Origin: Histomonas meleagridis 2922-C6/04-290x
Taxonomy: Eukaryota > Protista > Parabasalia
Reading direction: 5' to 3'
Length of the DNA: 64,000 nt
Assembly: GCA_020184695.1 (NCBI GenBank)
Contig: JAANOX010000004.1
Coordinates: forward strand, 62,001-126,000
In this document: positions 20,741 through 32,005 of the stretch, piece by piece
Position numbering within the stretch: position 1 is the first letter of the stretch
Layout: each line of letters opens with the position of its first letter
The notes under the pieces: model-generated
Database searches by the model: none
Seen by the model: the letters and a program-made list of their open reading frames with translations, nothing else
What the model was told of the DNA's origin: nothing
Translations under genes and position numbers: made by a program

Positions 20741-21663
20741 ACTATGAAATGTGAATCCTTTTATTTTGATAATATATGACCAAAAATATATCCAATTTTA
20801 AATAATGTACAAAAGAAATCAACATATGTTTTAGTATTTTATATATACCAAAAATTCGTCGGTAAACGATGGACAATTTAAATGATCAGGAAACTGTTTT
20901 CCACAGAAAAAACTATCGTCATTTTGAAATTCCAACAGCAGAGAGAGTTGAGAGAACTGTGTCAAAACATAAAACGAGAAAGATTATTTTTTTTCCATAA
21001 TTCAACGGTCTTTGCCCATTTTTTCTTACAAGTTTATGAGTATTGATTTAAAGAATGAATATTAATTACTAATGTTTTTTCCCTAATAAACCTTTTCTGA
21101 TTAGTTTGCTATAATATTTGATATATATTTAAGGTGTTCCAAAATGTGGCATCTCAATGTGTCTATAGACTGCAGTGAAAAACCTCTCGACCGACACATT
21201 AATATAACCCACTTCTACACTATAGTATTATTCATAGAGAATATACTTCGTAATATCTATTTAATAAATTTTTTTTCGGTTTAATTTTGTAATTTTCGCA
21301 ATATTCATATTTTTCACTCACTAAGGAGAACGTTAACTCGATAGAACTTTTTTTTGATTTTCTTTACATATTTTAATCAATTCATATATTTGGGACCGAA
21401 CATATTTTAAAATTTCTATTTGCTAACAAACAATATAAAAATTTATCTAAAATTATGTTGTCTATCTACAGGTTTCTCAAGGCATTCTACACAAGATTTT
21501 GTCATACGGCGAATATTTCATATATATTCTGAACCTGCCAAATCCGGGTAAAGCGCTTTACTATAAATTATAAAAATTGCACAATTCGATTTGGTGTCTT
21601 TGATATTTCAATGAAAATGTTATAGATGACATCAAACAGAAATTATTTATTACATATCTAAAG

Positions 21664-24600
21664 TCAGTTCATATTTCTGCTGCTCCTTATGGCTGCAGCT
21701 CTTCCATTTTGATGCAGCGCATTTCTTGTGACTGACGCGTTTCTATTTAGCTGTGCTCTTGCCGCTGTAAACTTAGCCACAGTTCTCTTCTTTTGTTCGA
21801 CAATATTTCGTTTTACGTTTTCGTTATTACATTTTTTTCCTTTTTCGAGTATTGATGCTGTCGAAGTCACTGATTTTCTTCTTGCGCTTTTCGGCTTTAT
21901 AGCTTCAACACTTACAATGTTAGTTTCTTTTAGAGGGGACATTGGAACGCAATTATTTTTCTCTTCGATTTGTTCTGGAATTGATATTTCAATTGAAACA
22001 TTTGATTTCGGTGTTGAAACTTCCGACTTTTTCTCTTTCATTAGTTCGGGTTTTCTCGTTTTTGGCTTTAGATTTGTTTCTTTGTTTAATGGCTTTACAT
22101 TATGTCGTTGGTTTAAGTTGATATTTGTCCTTAAAGATGTTTTTGGATTTGTTTTTGTTTGCTGCTTTGGAATTTCTTTTTGTGTGAAATTTGATCGTAC
22201 TGAAGATGCATTTGATGTGATTGATGCTCTAATTGGATTTTGTTTCCGTTTCGGATTTAAATTGGTTTTAGGAATTGGCTTTTCTGCTTCTTTTATGCTT
22301 TGTTGCGGAATTTGCTTTCGTTTTCTTATTTGCGTAGTCGACGTTTTTATTGCTGTCTTTGGTTTACGTGAATCATTCGGCTTTTCTTTTGTTATTGTTT
22401 GTTCTTTGGAATTGGCTTTGGATTCTTTGGCGCTTTTGGCTGCGCTCGAATGCTTTTTGGCGTTTGTTTCTTCTTCGTTAAATTCGGGAATGCTGAAGTC
22501 CATTTTGATGCTTCTGACTTTGATTTCAGATGTGTTTAAACATTTTTTGTTGTTTATAACTTTATTTGCAATTTCGTTTTTATTTTCTTTTGTATTTATT
22601 ACTTTTTTGTTATTTACCTCAGTCGCAAATAGAGATTTGGCTTGGCGCTCTTTGATGGCTTCGGCTGCGTCCAAATTTTCGTTTTCGTTTTCATTATCGA
22701 ATTTAATTTCAAATTTATCCAAAACTTTTTTACTATTGTTATAATTCTCTGTTTTGTTTTTGGATGTATTTAAAAGTTTACTGTCATTTGCTTCATTTGC
22801 ATTTAAATTTTCATTTTCGTTTTCATTATCGAATTTAATTTCAAATTTATCCAAAACTTTACTGTTGTTATAACTTTCTTTTTTGCTTTTGGATGTGTTT
22901 AAAAGTTTACTGTCATTTGTTTCATTTGCATTTAAATTTTCATTATCGAATTTAATTTCAAATTTATCCAAAACTTTTTTACTATTGTTATAATTCTCTG
23001 TTTTGTTTTTGGATGTACCCAAAAGTTTACTATCATTTGTTTCATTTAAATTTTCATTTTCGTTATCGAATTTAATTTCAAATTTATCCAAAACTTTACT
23101 GTTGTTATAACTTTCTTTTTTGTTTTTGGATGTATTTAAAAGTTTACTGTCATTTGTTTCATTTGCATTTAAATTTTCATTTTCGTTATCGAATTTAATT
23201 TCAAATTTATCCAAAACTTTTTTGCTATTATACTTTTCGTTTTCTGATATATTTAAATCTGTTTTAACATTGTTTTCTCTATTTGATAATATTCCTGAAA
23301 TTTGACTCAAATCTTTTTTCGTTTTATCTAAAGTAACTTCATCGATATAATTAACGACGTCCAATGTATTAAAGTCAGGCAATTGACTTGTGTTACATTG
23401 ACTAATATCATTTTCCACTTTTTTATTATATAACAAACCGATATCAGTTTCATTAAATGCGCTTTTTATAATTTTAATTTTTTGTGAATCATTTAAACAA
23501 TTTTTGGATAATTTTTCGGTCCATTTTTGATTTAATTTGATTGAATAAACCGAAGAAGAAATTGTTTTATTTTGGACACCACAATATAAAACTATTTCAT
23601 AGTTATCATTAATTCCGAATGCGAAATCTTTTATATTATTAGGAACATTACCAATATCAATGATTGGTTTAATTTTAAGAGTTTTAACATTAAATGAAAA
23701 CGATTCGCAATTCTTAGTATTAGAAAGACCACCAATAACAATCATTTCATCACCAATCATAAAACATTTATGTGATGTTCGATATTGGATATCACAAACT
23801 TTTATCCATTCATAATGAATTAAATCAAATCTCCAAACATCATTAAATATTTTTATGCCATTTTTCCCTCCATAAATAATCATTTGATCATTATAAACAA
23901 TTGCTGAATGATTACATCTTGGATCAGGTTCAATATTAAATTTACATAAAGTTTTCGAATTATTTCTTTCTAAATCAATGATAACTATTTCATTTGTTAA
24001 TTGTTTCGATGTAATTTTACCTCCGAAAATAAATATTTTCTTGTTATATATAACTGATGTATGTCCATGAAGTTGAATTTTTGTTAAGTTTTCCATATAA
24101 CTAAATTTTTGATTTATTAAATCATATTTTATGATATATGAATCATCAGTTTTAATTGAGCCACCAATGATATAAGCAAATGATTCATAACAATTAATAG
24201 TATGTTTTTTCCGTGATAACATTTGTTTACATTGAATATTATTAATTTTACCATTTGTTAATGTATAAATTTCCATTTGTTTCTTTTGGAGATTTGGACA
24301 AAAGAAATAAAACAAATCATTAAATGGTATACAATAATGATTACATATTGGATTTAATTCATTTGATATCGGAAGTTTTATCCATAGTAATAATTTTTTG
24401 TCTGAATTCTTTTGTAAAAATATATTCATTCTTAAATATAATTTATCAATAAATTCATTAAATTGATTTTTGGTTTCAAATTTTATATTTAATAAATTCA
24501 TCTTTGATTCAGTCGAATTATTAATTATTATGTTTTGATGATTAATTATATTAAAATCAAATGTTATAAGTTTTGTGTGATACATTAATTTATAGGAATT

Positions 24601-25857
24601 TTTGGTTATAAATATAATGTCATTACAAACAAATATAATATATTCATTTAATTTCCCATTAATTTTAACTTTATAATTCCCTAATATTTGTCGTGATGGT
24701 GTAACAAACACAAAATTGTTTTTATTCTTTTCTTGAAGTTTCATAAGTATTGATTTAGATTGTAAAATTTCTGTTTTTTTATCATATTCTTGTGTAATAT
24801 TTTTTAATATTTTACTTGCTTCATCAATAAAGATATAATCAGGATGAAATTCATTTGTAAATTTTTTAAGTTCATTCATTAATAAACTATAACGGGGCAT
24901 TCGTTGGACTGGCGTGATTAAATAACTTCCAAAATCTCGATTTCCACATTGTTTCGATATTGAAAGCTCAGCTTCTTTAAATAATTTTGTTGCACCAAGC
25001 CTTTTTATCGTTTCACTAATTTGAGGGTAATTTGACACATATTGAATTGAGGCTTTGAAAAATTGAGAGAACTCCACAAATAAACGTGCGATTAACGTCG
25101 CGTAGTCGTTGTAATGATTGATAAGAGAAACATAAAAACTTTGATGATATGCTAAAATAGAAGGAAAGTTCTTAAATATTAAATCTTCATCATCTTTTGT
25201 GAGGATGTTAAGCGCTTTTAATTTGGGATGCCATAAATCAACTATTGTTTTTATGGAATCAATAAACGTTTTCTCGGTTGTAATGATTTCTTTGACAACA
25301 TTATCACGCTGTCTCATGATTTCACATATCGATTTATCAAGATCGCACAAAACAAATAAATCTGAATTAGATGATGCTTCATAGATACTGCGAATTGAAC
25401 TCGATGGATCAACTTTTTGTTCGCGAATAAATATTTCTTTGGGTTGTATTCCTTTACAGAGATTTTTATTCATAATCTCAAAAAGAATAGAAAGATTTTG
25501 CCCAAGAACAGATTTTGGAATTGGAAAACCAATTTTTGGGAAATGCATTTTTGAGTTATGTGAGACGTTAAAGAATAATATTATTGAACTTGAAGGTATT
25601 GATTTGTATATTTGAAAAGAGTATGAAGGTGTAAAATAAGGACCAGGTCTGCTTTCGAAAAGAAGCCCAGGATATTTAGGAAATGGTACTTCTTCGTTAA
25701 ATAAAGGTATGGCAAAATTCGGGCATTTGATCCATACTACATTTTTTTCTTTTAAAAATTTTTCAACAATTTCAGCCACAGTAAGTTTGCGTTCATCCGG
25801 GTTGATTTTATAAATATTTTTTGGAGGATTACCAATGGAAAAATAAAAACATTTCAT
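21664..25857 (-). CDS. RhoGEF (DH-PH) plus Kelch-repeat protein with internal tandem repeats and a basic low-complexity tail
   Basis: DH: VVKEIITTEKTF...LITPVQRMPRYSLLMNEL. Kelch: PRCNHSAIVYNDQMIIYGG...FNDVW and HGHTSVIYNKKIFIFGG. Confidence 0.88.
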   Translation of the reverse strand: MKCFYFSIGNPPKNIYKINPDERKLTVAEIVEKFLKEKNVVWIKCPNFAIPLFNEEVPFPKYPGLLFESRPGPYFTPSYSFQIYKSIPSSSIILFFNVSHNSKMHFPKIGFPIPKSVLGQNLSILFEIMNKNLCKGIQPKEIFIREQKVDPSSSIRSIYEASSNSDLFVLCDLDKSICEIMRQRDNVVKEIITTEKTFIDSIKTIVDLWHPKLKALNILTKDDEDLIFKNFPSILAYHQSFYVSLINHYNDYATLIARLFVEFSQFFKASIQYVSNYPQISETIKRLGATKLFKEAELSISKQCGNRDFGSYLITPVQRMPRYSLLMNELKKFTNEFHPDYIFIDEASKILKNITQEYDKKTEILQSKSILMKLQEKNKNNFVFVTPSRQILGNYKVKINGKLNEYIIFVCNDIIFITKNSYKLMYHTKLITFDFNIINHQNIIINNSTESKMNLLNIKFETKNQFNEFIDKLYLRMNIFLQKNSDKKLLLWIKLPISNELNPICNHYCIPFNDLFYFFCPNLQKKQMEIYTLTNGKINNIQCKQMLSRKKHTINCYESFAYIIGGSIKTDDSYIIKYDLINQKFSYMENLTKIQLHGHTSVIYNKKIFIFGGKITSKQLTNEIVIIDLERNNSKTLCKFNIEPDPRCNHSAIVYNDQMIIYGGKNGIKIFNDVWRFDLIHYEWIKVCDIQYRTSHKCFMIGDEMIVIGGLSNTKNCESFSFNVKTLKIKPIIDIGNVPNNIKDFAFGINDNYEIVLYCGVQNKTISSSVYSIKLNQKWTEKLSKNCLNDSQKIKIIKSAFNETDIGLLYNKKVENDISQCNTSQLPDFNTLDVVNYIDEVTLDKTKKDLSQISGILSNRENNVKTDLNISENEKYNSKKVLDKFEIKFDNENENLNANETNDSKLLNTSKNKKESYNNSKVLDKFEIKFDNENENLNETNDSKLLGTSKNKTENYNNSKKVLDKFEIKFDNENLNANETNDSKLLNTSKSKKESYNNSKVLDKFEIKFDNENENENLNANEANDSKLLNTSKNKTENYNNSKKVLDKFEIKFDNENENENLDAAEAIKERQAKSLFATEVNNKKVINTKENKNEIANKVINNKKCLNTSEIKVRSIKMDFSIPEFNEEETNAKKHSSAAKSAKESKANSKEQTITKEKPNDSRKPKTAIKTSTTQIRKRKQIPQQSIKEAEKPIPKTNLNPKRKQNPIRASITSNASSVRSNFTQKEIPKQQTKTNPKTSLRTNINLNQRHNVKPLNKETNLKPKTRKPELMKEKKSEVSTPKSNVSIEISIPEQIEEKNNCVPMSPLKETNIVSVEAIKPKSARRKSVTSTASILEKGKKCNNENVKRNIVEQKKRTVAKFTAARAQLNRNASVTRNALHQNGRAAAIRSSRNMN
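22680..23230 (-). repeat. Coding minisatellite, about 4.5 units of 117-132 bp (KVLDKFEIKFDNENENLNANETNDSKLLNTSKN...)
   Basis: The core atttaatttcaaatttatccaaaact recurs at about 22701, 22833, 22950, 23070 and 23193. Confidence 0.9.
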
Positions 25858-26110
25858 TTGCGTTTCCAGTACGTTTATTTATTATCCTAACGACAACAGA
25901 CACTTTTCAGATAAACATTGCTCATGCATTCAAGAAAAATAAACAAAACAACTATAATTTATTTTTCTTGTTCATAAAAACCATTTTTAAATACACATTG
26001 TAAATTATTTCTTTCATCTTATAGTTTTGCAAAATATTTGACTATTTTAGTGAGGAAATTCACCCACATCAAGCTGGGCAACAAAGGTGAAGTTCACTTG
26101 TTTTTGACTT

Positions 26111-27253
26111 TCATCCACAAGCAAATTGTAGCTTGAACACTCCGAAATCTTTTCCCGTTGTCATCCAAACTTGCGCTGTTCCGCAGTCACCCCATTGGTT
26201 TGTTGATTGTTCCGACTCTTCCATTTCTAGCAGAAGTTCTGTGTCTGGAGGCTGGTCGTCACCTTGATCGAATATTGGATATCCGCCTAAGTACGTTCCT
26301 CTGTGCCATAATTCATCATCGTGGCTCTCTAATATTATGTCTGCAATATTTAGTTCACAACTTGGCATTTCAGGATCCAATTTCTTCAAAACGTCTGATG
26401 ATGTTGGATACATAAAAGATTCCTCCCATCCAGTGATAACTCTATTCTCATTAAAAATATTATCACTGTCAATTTCATCATATATAAGATGATCAATTTC
26501 GTCCTTATTATATAAAACAACATCAAAATCGCAACACTCTTCACATCCATAACCAACAAGAACAGATGTTAAGGAGTCAGATGGAAAGAGTCGTTGAATC
26601 TCAGCAGGAAGTGATTCAACATAAAACGAAAATATCGTAGACTTAGGGCTTTGGCAATATTGACATTTGTTCGGACCATTTTTGGGAAGATAAGGAGCTC
26701 GACCGCCAAACTTGGATACCCGTGGATCAGTGGAATCTAAATCTTCAACAACGGGTATGAAACATGCTTTTTTATATGATTTGATTTTTGATTTGATATC
26801 TTCGAACTTTTGTTTAATTTGCTTGTAAACATCAGGAGCGGCGGAATAGAAAAAAGGGTCACTGCTTAAGCCATGTAAAAAATAGATTTCTGACGTGGTT
26901 AAGGTTTTGCCTGATAACGATTTGACAAAATCTTTCTCTTTTTTAAGGGTAAAAAGAACCCGGTTGAGTGTTGATAGATAATAAAAAGGCATATGTTGCT
27001 CCCAATTTAAACAAAATGAATAAAAAATGTCAAGCATTTCTTTTGAAGTGCATGTTGCTTTTACTACTTCTGTAAAGTTATCATTTCCCATAGGATTAGA
27101 ATTCGTTTTGGCAAGCTCGGTGAAAATAGTATACAAATTTGATGACGTTGCATATTTAACTATAACACCTAGATACCTACTTAGTCCTTCGCTATCATAT
27201 GGAATTGGTGGATTTTTTAATACTTGACTTAGCTCTGGTGGAAGTTCTCCCAT
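26111..27253 (-). CDS. Protein with C-terminal YwqG/DUF1963-like domain
   Basis: SKFGGRAPYLP...LGGYPIFDQ...LLLEM...WGDCGTAQVW follows the DUF1963 pattern as I recall it. First in-frame ATG is 27253. Confidence 0.6.
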   Translation of the reverse strand: MGELPPELSQVLKNPPIPYDSEGLSRYLGVIVKYATSSNLYTIFTELAKTNSNPMGNDNFTEVVKATCTSKEMLDIFYSFCLNWEQHMPFYYLSTLNRVLFTLKKEKDFVKSLSGKTLTTSEIYFLHGLSSDPFFYSAAPDVYKQIKQKFEDIKSKIKSYKKACFIPVVEDLDSTDPRVSKFGGRAPYLPKNGPNKCQYCQSPKSTIFSFYVESLPAEIQRLFPSDSLTSVLVGYGCEECCDFDVVLYNKDEIDHLIYDEIDSDNIFNENRVITGWEESFMYPTSSDVLKKLDPEMPSCELNIADIILESHDDELWHRGTYLGGYPIFDQGDDQPPDTELLLEMEESEQSTNQWGDCGTAQVWMTTGKDFGVFKLQFACG

Positions 27254-27919
27254 AAGAAAAATTTTGGGGTGTTCCAAATTTGCATGTTTTGAATATGTCG
27301 TAAAGTATTGAAGTTTTAATTCAAATTTTCATATTCATTGAATCAGAACAAAAATTGTTTTTTAAGTATGTTGCCAAAATGCATGAGCAATCGTTGTTCA
27401 GCCTTTAGTTCCCTTCATAACAATCAGAATTGCTAGGATAATCTTCCTTCTTATCCAGTGGTCAATGATCGTTGAATGGTGGTGCGAGTCGACGATAGGG
27501 ATACAATAGGACTTTTTGAACATGTTCACCAACAATTATTGTTTTAAGTTTTACTTTTTTTCAATTTATATTTTTCTTCGGACATGCTTGCTTATTATGC
27601 CCCATTTCACCACATATTTAGCCGTAATGTCCCTTTCTATTGGAACCATTATTGCTCATGACATTGCTTAGGTGTGTGTGTTAGGTACAATTACATCTAG
27701 TAATTCTGATACTCGTGAAAGTATGAACAAATAAACTTGACGAGTTATGGATTGGAACTTTAATGCAAAATGCTTCAAAATAGCATTTTTTTTTCCAAAA
27801 GTTTTACCTAAAATTTGGATTGTTATTCTTTATCATAAGCCAAAAAAAATTAAATACAAAAACGTGATTGTTTACGAAACATCCAAACATTTATATATAA
27901 ACAAAATAAAATATAATGA

Positions 27920-29071
27920 TTACAAATGATTTTGTTGGTTTGGTGTATGTGGCTTTTGTAGCTCGGTTGAATTTGACCAAATTTTATTATAAAATGTCGA
28001 AATTTCATTTGCAATTATATCACTATTAATACATAAATGTAATCCTGCGTAATTAGCAAATATTTGATCATTTAATGTATGGGAAAAGAAAATTATTCTT
28101 TTTCCAATTATCATGAAATTTGTCCCAGCCAAATTTGAATCATACAATCTGATAGTTGAATGTGAAAATGCATTAAAAGCTCTTAGCCATTTTTGGTTTG
28201 TTGCATTCATCTTTGTCGGAACTAAGAAATTAATATAAACAGGACTTCCAAAATTTTGTGTGATGAGTGTGCGTGATAAAGCTGTGAAAAGCGAAAAGTC
28301 CGATACGGACGGTTGTGGAATGGTGTCTGAGAAAATGGAGATGTTGAGTTCAACGTTTAGTTGAAATATTTTTTGGATATAATTATATATTGAGATAGAC
28401 AAAGGGGGCCCTTCAAAGTTGGAGTTGACGAGAAAGTAAAGAGTTTCATTTGGATCATTTCCAATTATTAAAGGATTAATAGCAGAGGTTTTGGCATGAG
28501 ACGAAATGGGTGCAACGGAATATGTTATGTTATGCTTTTTCCTCCATTGGAAATTAAAAAAGTTGGAAAGATCATCAGAAACTGTTTCACAGTCAAAAAA
28601 CGAAAAACAACATTGTTGTGAATCACTTTCAGAAAGCAATGAGTTGAGATAGAATGATTGTGAATCAGCAACTACAAATGATGTATAAATCGAATCTGTT
28701 ATCGTATAATTTGTTATTCCATTGTTTTTAAGTAATGTTTCTGTTTTTTCATCCTTCCCTATAAGAAGTGAGATTTTTGCATTATTATTTTTTGCAATTT
28801 TAAGTGAATTAATAAAATATTTTTCGATAATGGAAGCAGAAGGATTTGGGGTGCTGATTAAAACCCTCTGTTTGCTTGATTCAATGTAGGTAGTGATGAT
28901 TTTATATATTTTATCACTTGCTTGATAAAAATATAAATTAGGTCTTTGATTACATTTGCCAGGCATTTCTTGTTGGAGATCGCCATAAGATAGTAGCATG
29001 CATACAACAAGAATAATTGTTGAAATTGTTATTCCAAGTAAGTTACAGTCGAAATATGCTTTGAACCTCAT
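27920..29071 (-). CDS. Phospholipase D superfamily (PLD3/4/5-like) type II membrane protein, catalytically degenerate
   Basis: N-terminal TM, then IESSKQRVLISTP, TSFVVADSQSFYL and TNFMIIGKRIIFFSH...AGLHL...IW, matching the two PLD half-domains but without HxK. Confidence 0.55.
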   Translation of the reverse strand: MRFKAYFDCNLLGITISTIILVVCMLLSYGDLQQEMPGKCNQRPNLYFYQASDKIYKIITTYIESSKQRVLISTPNPSASIIEKYFINSLKIAKNNNAKISLLIGKDEKTETLLKNNGITNYTITDSIYTSFVVADSQSFYLNSLLSESDSQQCCFSFFDCETVSDDLSNFFNFQWRKKHNITYSVAPISSHAKTSAINPLIIGNDPNETLYFLVNSNFEGPPLSISIYNYIQKIFQLNVELNISIFSDTIPQPSVSDFSLFTALSRTLITQNFGSPVYINFLVPTKMNATNQKWLRAFNAFSHSTIRLYDSNLAGTNFMIIGKRIIFFSHTLNDQIFANYAGLHLCINSDIIANEISTFYNKIWSNSTELQKPHTPNQQNHL

Positions 29072-29461
29072 TTTTCTTCATGATTTGAATACTTTATGCT
29101 GATAAACTGGAATCAAATTCCTTATTAATTCCTTTATTGTAACTTAAATATTTCATTTAAACAGCAATCCTTTGAAGACATACAATATGCTAAATTGTTA
29201 GAATGAGAGAAATAGACTTTAAAAAGATATATTACCAACATATTAAATTAATATAAAAGTGAACCAATTTAAAACAAATTAATCGAACAACAAAATATAC
29301 GATACCAAAATCTTAGAAGACATATATAATTTATGATACAATGAAAGTAGAAAAAAAAATAGTAAACACAATAGCTTAACGTACAACTTTGATTTGTTTG
29401 AAATGTCCCTTTTTACCCTTCATTAGGGTAAATTTGAATCGGATATTTCTACACATTATAA

Positions 29462-31990
29462 ATGTACGCAAACCTAAAAGGTTCCGTTGTACCATCCCGT
29501 CAAATTAACGAAGTTGATATTCTTAAAGACAATTTTCTGTTTACTATCAATAAAACATTTTGTGCATTTCCAGGTTCAGAAATCAGAAATCAAGGTCAAC
29601 CAGTGATAGTTGTACGTAACGACAATCCAACCAAATTCGGTCTTAAACAACCACGTGTTAAACCACCTGGCCAAAAAGTCACAGCTGTTGCTTTAAGTCC
29701 ATTTGAACCAACAACACTTTTTGTTGGTACATCAGCTGGTATTCTTTCATTTTGGAATATTCCAGAGAAGGGTCTTAAAGGTGATGCCACCAAACCATTC
29801 TCACAATTCGACACAAAAGAAGAAGTCAAATGTGCATCATTCCATCCATTTGCAAAGAATCTTATTGCTGTTGGTTTAAGGAGTGGTCACATTCAACTCT
29901 TTGACAAATCTCTTTCCAAGCCATTAGCTGATCTTGTTCATTCACGTCCATTAAATTCCATTGCATGGTCAGATGATGGCACACTTATTTTTGCTCTTTA
30001 TATCGACATGACCATCAAAGTGTGGGATGTTCGAGGCAACAAAGAGTTACATGAAATTAAAGCATCACCAACACGTGGAGTTGGATTCCTTCATTCACTT
30101 TCAGGTCGTCGTGTTCTTCTATCATATTCCGCAAGTGGTAAACAAGAACTTCGTATCTACGACGAGAGTCTTGCCGAAAAAGCCAAGCGCCAAGTTGCTG
30201 TTGGAGGAACTTCACTCAATGTCACATCACATTTCAGCGGCGTTATTGTTGCCTGTGCATGTCGAGAGAGCAAAGTCTATTTACTTGATGGAAACACATT
30301 AAATGACTTATGTGTCTATACACATGAAGTTGCAATTTATAATGCATTACCATTATATGAGAAACCAAATCCAGATGGCACAACAGTAATGACATTATCA
30401 TTATTCCTTACCAACAATACAATTGCACGAGTCCAATTTGATGTAGCAAATGGACCAGCACGATTCCCACCATTCCCAGTTATGGAATCAGACCTTACAC
30501 CTGAATCTTGGTTACAAGGTACAAATGGAACCTTAAAACATGAAGAACTTATACCAACTCCCAAAGAAGAAGCCAAACCAGTCGAAGAAGAGAAGTCAGT
30601 TGACTTAGGTCCACAAACATATTACAAATATTTACGTGGCGTTGCAGAACCACCAAGTACATATTACATCTCATTACCAGTTAAACAAGCACCGAATCCC
30701 GAATTTAATGAAATCATTACAAACGGAACACAGTTTGCATTTGTTGGCGATGGTTCAACACCACCAATTCATATCTTACCATTATACAAACCACAACGTT
30801 TCCCATCTAATTGTAAGTCGACAATCATTGATCCACATAGTTCTGGTGTTAGCACAATGACATTTAGTCCACATAAGCCACAACTATTAATGAGTGGTGG
30901 CGAAGATAACAAAGTTAAACTATGGAACATACCAAAGAGCGAAGAATTCTTAACGCCAATCACAGAGCCAATCACATCCTTCAATCATAATCGCAAGATA
31001 TCGATTGCCAAATTCAGTGAATGCACAAACAACTTAATAATGACCGCAACACCACAAACGGAAATATATTTATGGGATATAAACACTGAAAAACGAATTC
31101 GTGACTTCAATAAGTTATGTCCAACAGGACTTCAAGATGCAGTAATGAATGACTTCTCATCAATGATATATTCCATATACAGAGATGGTAAATTAATATG
31201 GTTCGATCCACGTGATGAATCACCGAAAGTCTTCGAGACATTAGCGAATCCAAACGGCGGCCGACATCGCCGTCTTTTATACATTCCGGACTTCGAATAC
31301 TTAGCGACGTTTGGAAGTAGTCGACGAGGCGAACGCCAAATCTTAATATGGGACGTGAAGAACATGGAGAAGCCATTGAAGAGCATTGAGTTGGACACTT
31401 CGTCCGGCCATATGTTACCTATGTACGAAGAAGGCTCCGGTCTGATATACTTAGGCGGGAAAGGCGATGGACACATTCGTTATGTCGAGTTGTGTCACGA
31501 CGACAGAGTCATCGCGTCATCCGGCGTATACGAAACATCTGCGCCAGAACGAGGGCTCTGTTTGCTGCCAAGGAAACAATGCGACGTCATGAAATGCGAA
31601 GTCAGCCGTATGATGAAATTGTCGACAGAGTCAATGCACATCGTAAAGTGGCACGTGCTCAGATCGCACAACGAATACTTCCAGGATATGATATACCCGC
31701 CGATTAGAGACACGTCGAAGCCATTGATGGAAATAAGCGACTGGTTGAAGAAACAAAACGAAAAGTATCCAATGATCGACTTCCAGCCGCCAAACACAAG
31801 AAAGTACTCCGAAGTGTTGCCGATGTTCAGGAGGCAGCAGCAGGAGAAGTTGGCAGCAGCAAAGAACGTACAAAGAGAAGAGGAAATAGTCAATAAGCCG
31901 TTGAGCATAGACGACATTGTGGCAATGGCACCAAAGATATCAACGAGCGACGAACCAGATGAAGTGTCTGACGATAGCGAAAGTTGGTGA
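29462..31990 (+). CDS. Tandem-WD40 coronin (coronin-7-like, double beta-propeller)
   Basis: DTSSGHMLPMYEEGSGLIYLGGKGDGHIRY, RGLCLLPRKQCDVMKCEV and FQDMIYPP are coronin signatures; a second, diverged WD40 set lies N-terminally. Confidence 0.88.
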   Translation: MYANLKGSVVPSRQINEVDILKDNFLFTINKTFCAFPGSEIRNQGQPVIVVRNDNPTKFGLKQPRVKPPGQKVTAVALSPFEPTTLFVGTSAGILSFWNIPEKGLKGDATKPFSQFDTKEEVKCASFHPFAKNLIAVGLRSGHIQLFDKSLSKPLADLVHSRPLNSIAWSDDGTLIFALYIDMTIKVWDVRGNKELHEIKASPTRGVGFLHSLSGRRVLLSYSASGKQELRIYDESLAEKAKRQVAVGGTSLNVTSHFSGVIVACACRESKVYLLDGNTLNDLCVYTHEVAIYNALPLYEKPNPDGTTVMTLSLFLTNNTIARVQFDVANGPARFPPFPVMESDLTPESWLQGTNGTLKHEELIPTPKEEAKPVEEEKSVDLGPQTYYKYLRGVAEPPSTYYISLPVKQAPNPEFNEIITNGTQFAFVGDGSTPPIHILPLYKPQRFPSNCKSTIIDPHSSGVSTMTFSPHKPQLLMSGGEDNKVKLWNIPKSEEFLTPITEPITSFNHNRKISIAKFSECTNNLIMTATPQTEIYLWDINTEKRIRDFNKLCPTGLQDAVMNDFSSMIYSIYRDGKLIWFDPRDESPKVFETLANPNGGRHRRLLYIPDFEYLATFGSSRRGERQILIWDVKNMEKPLKSIELDTSSGHMLPMYEEGSGLIYLGGKGDGHIRYVELCHDDRVIASSGVYETSAPERGLCLLPRKQCDVMKCEVSRMMKLSTESMHIVKWHVLRSHNEYFQDMIYPPIRDTSKPLMEISDWLKKQNEKYPMIDFQPPNTRKYSEVLPMFRRQQQEKLAAAKNVQREEEIVNKPLSIDDIVAMAPKISTSDEPDEVSDDSESW

Positions 31991-32005
31991 AGTAAAAAAG
32001 TAATT

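Noticed and set aside
21156-21207. aatgtgtc/gacacatt hairpin with gtctatagac palindrome and an ANANNA-like motif
   Set aside because: The stem is short and AT-rich, with no second hairpin; plausible by chance.
21728-22744. 338-aa plus-strand ORF and other long antisense ORFs (1959-2366, 12233-12625, 31495-31917, 43183-43773)
   Set aside because: They are shadows of well-supported genes on the opposite strand, with low-complexity F/L/V/S translations.
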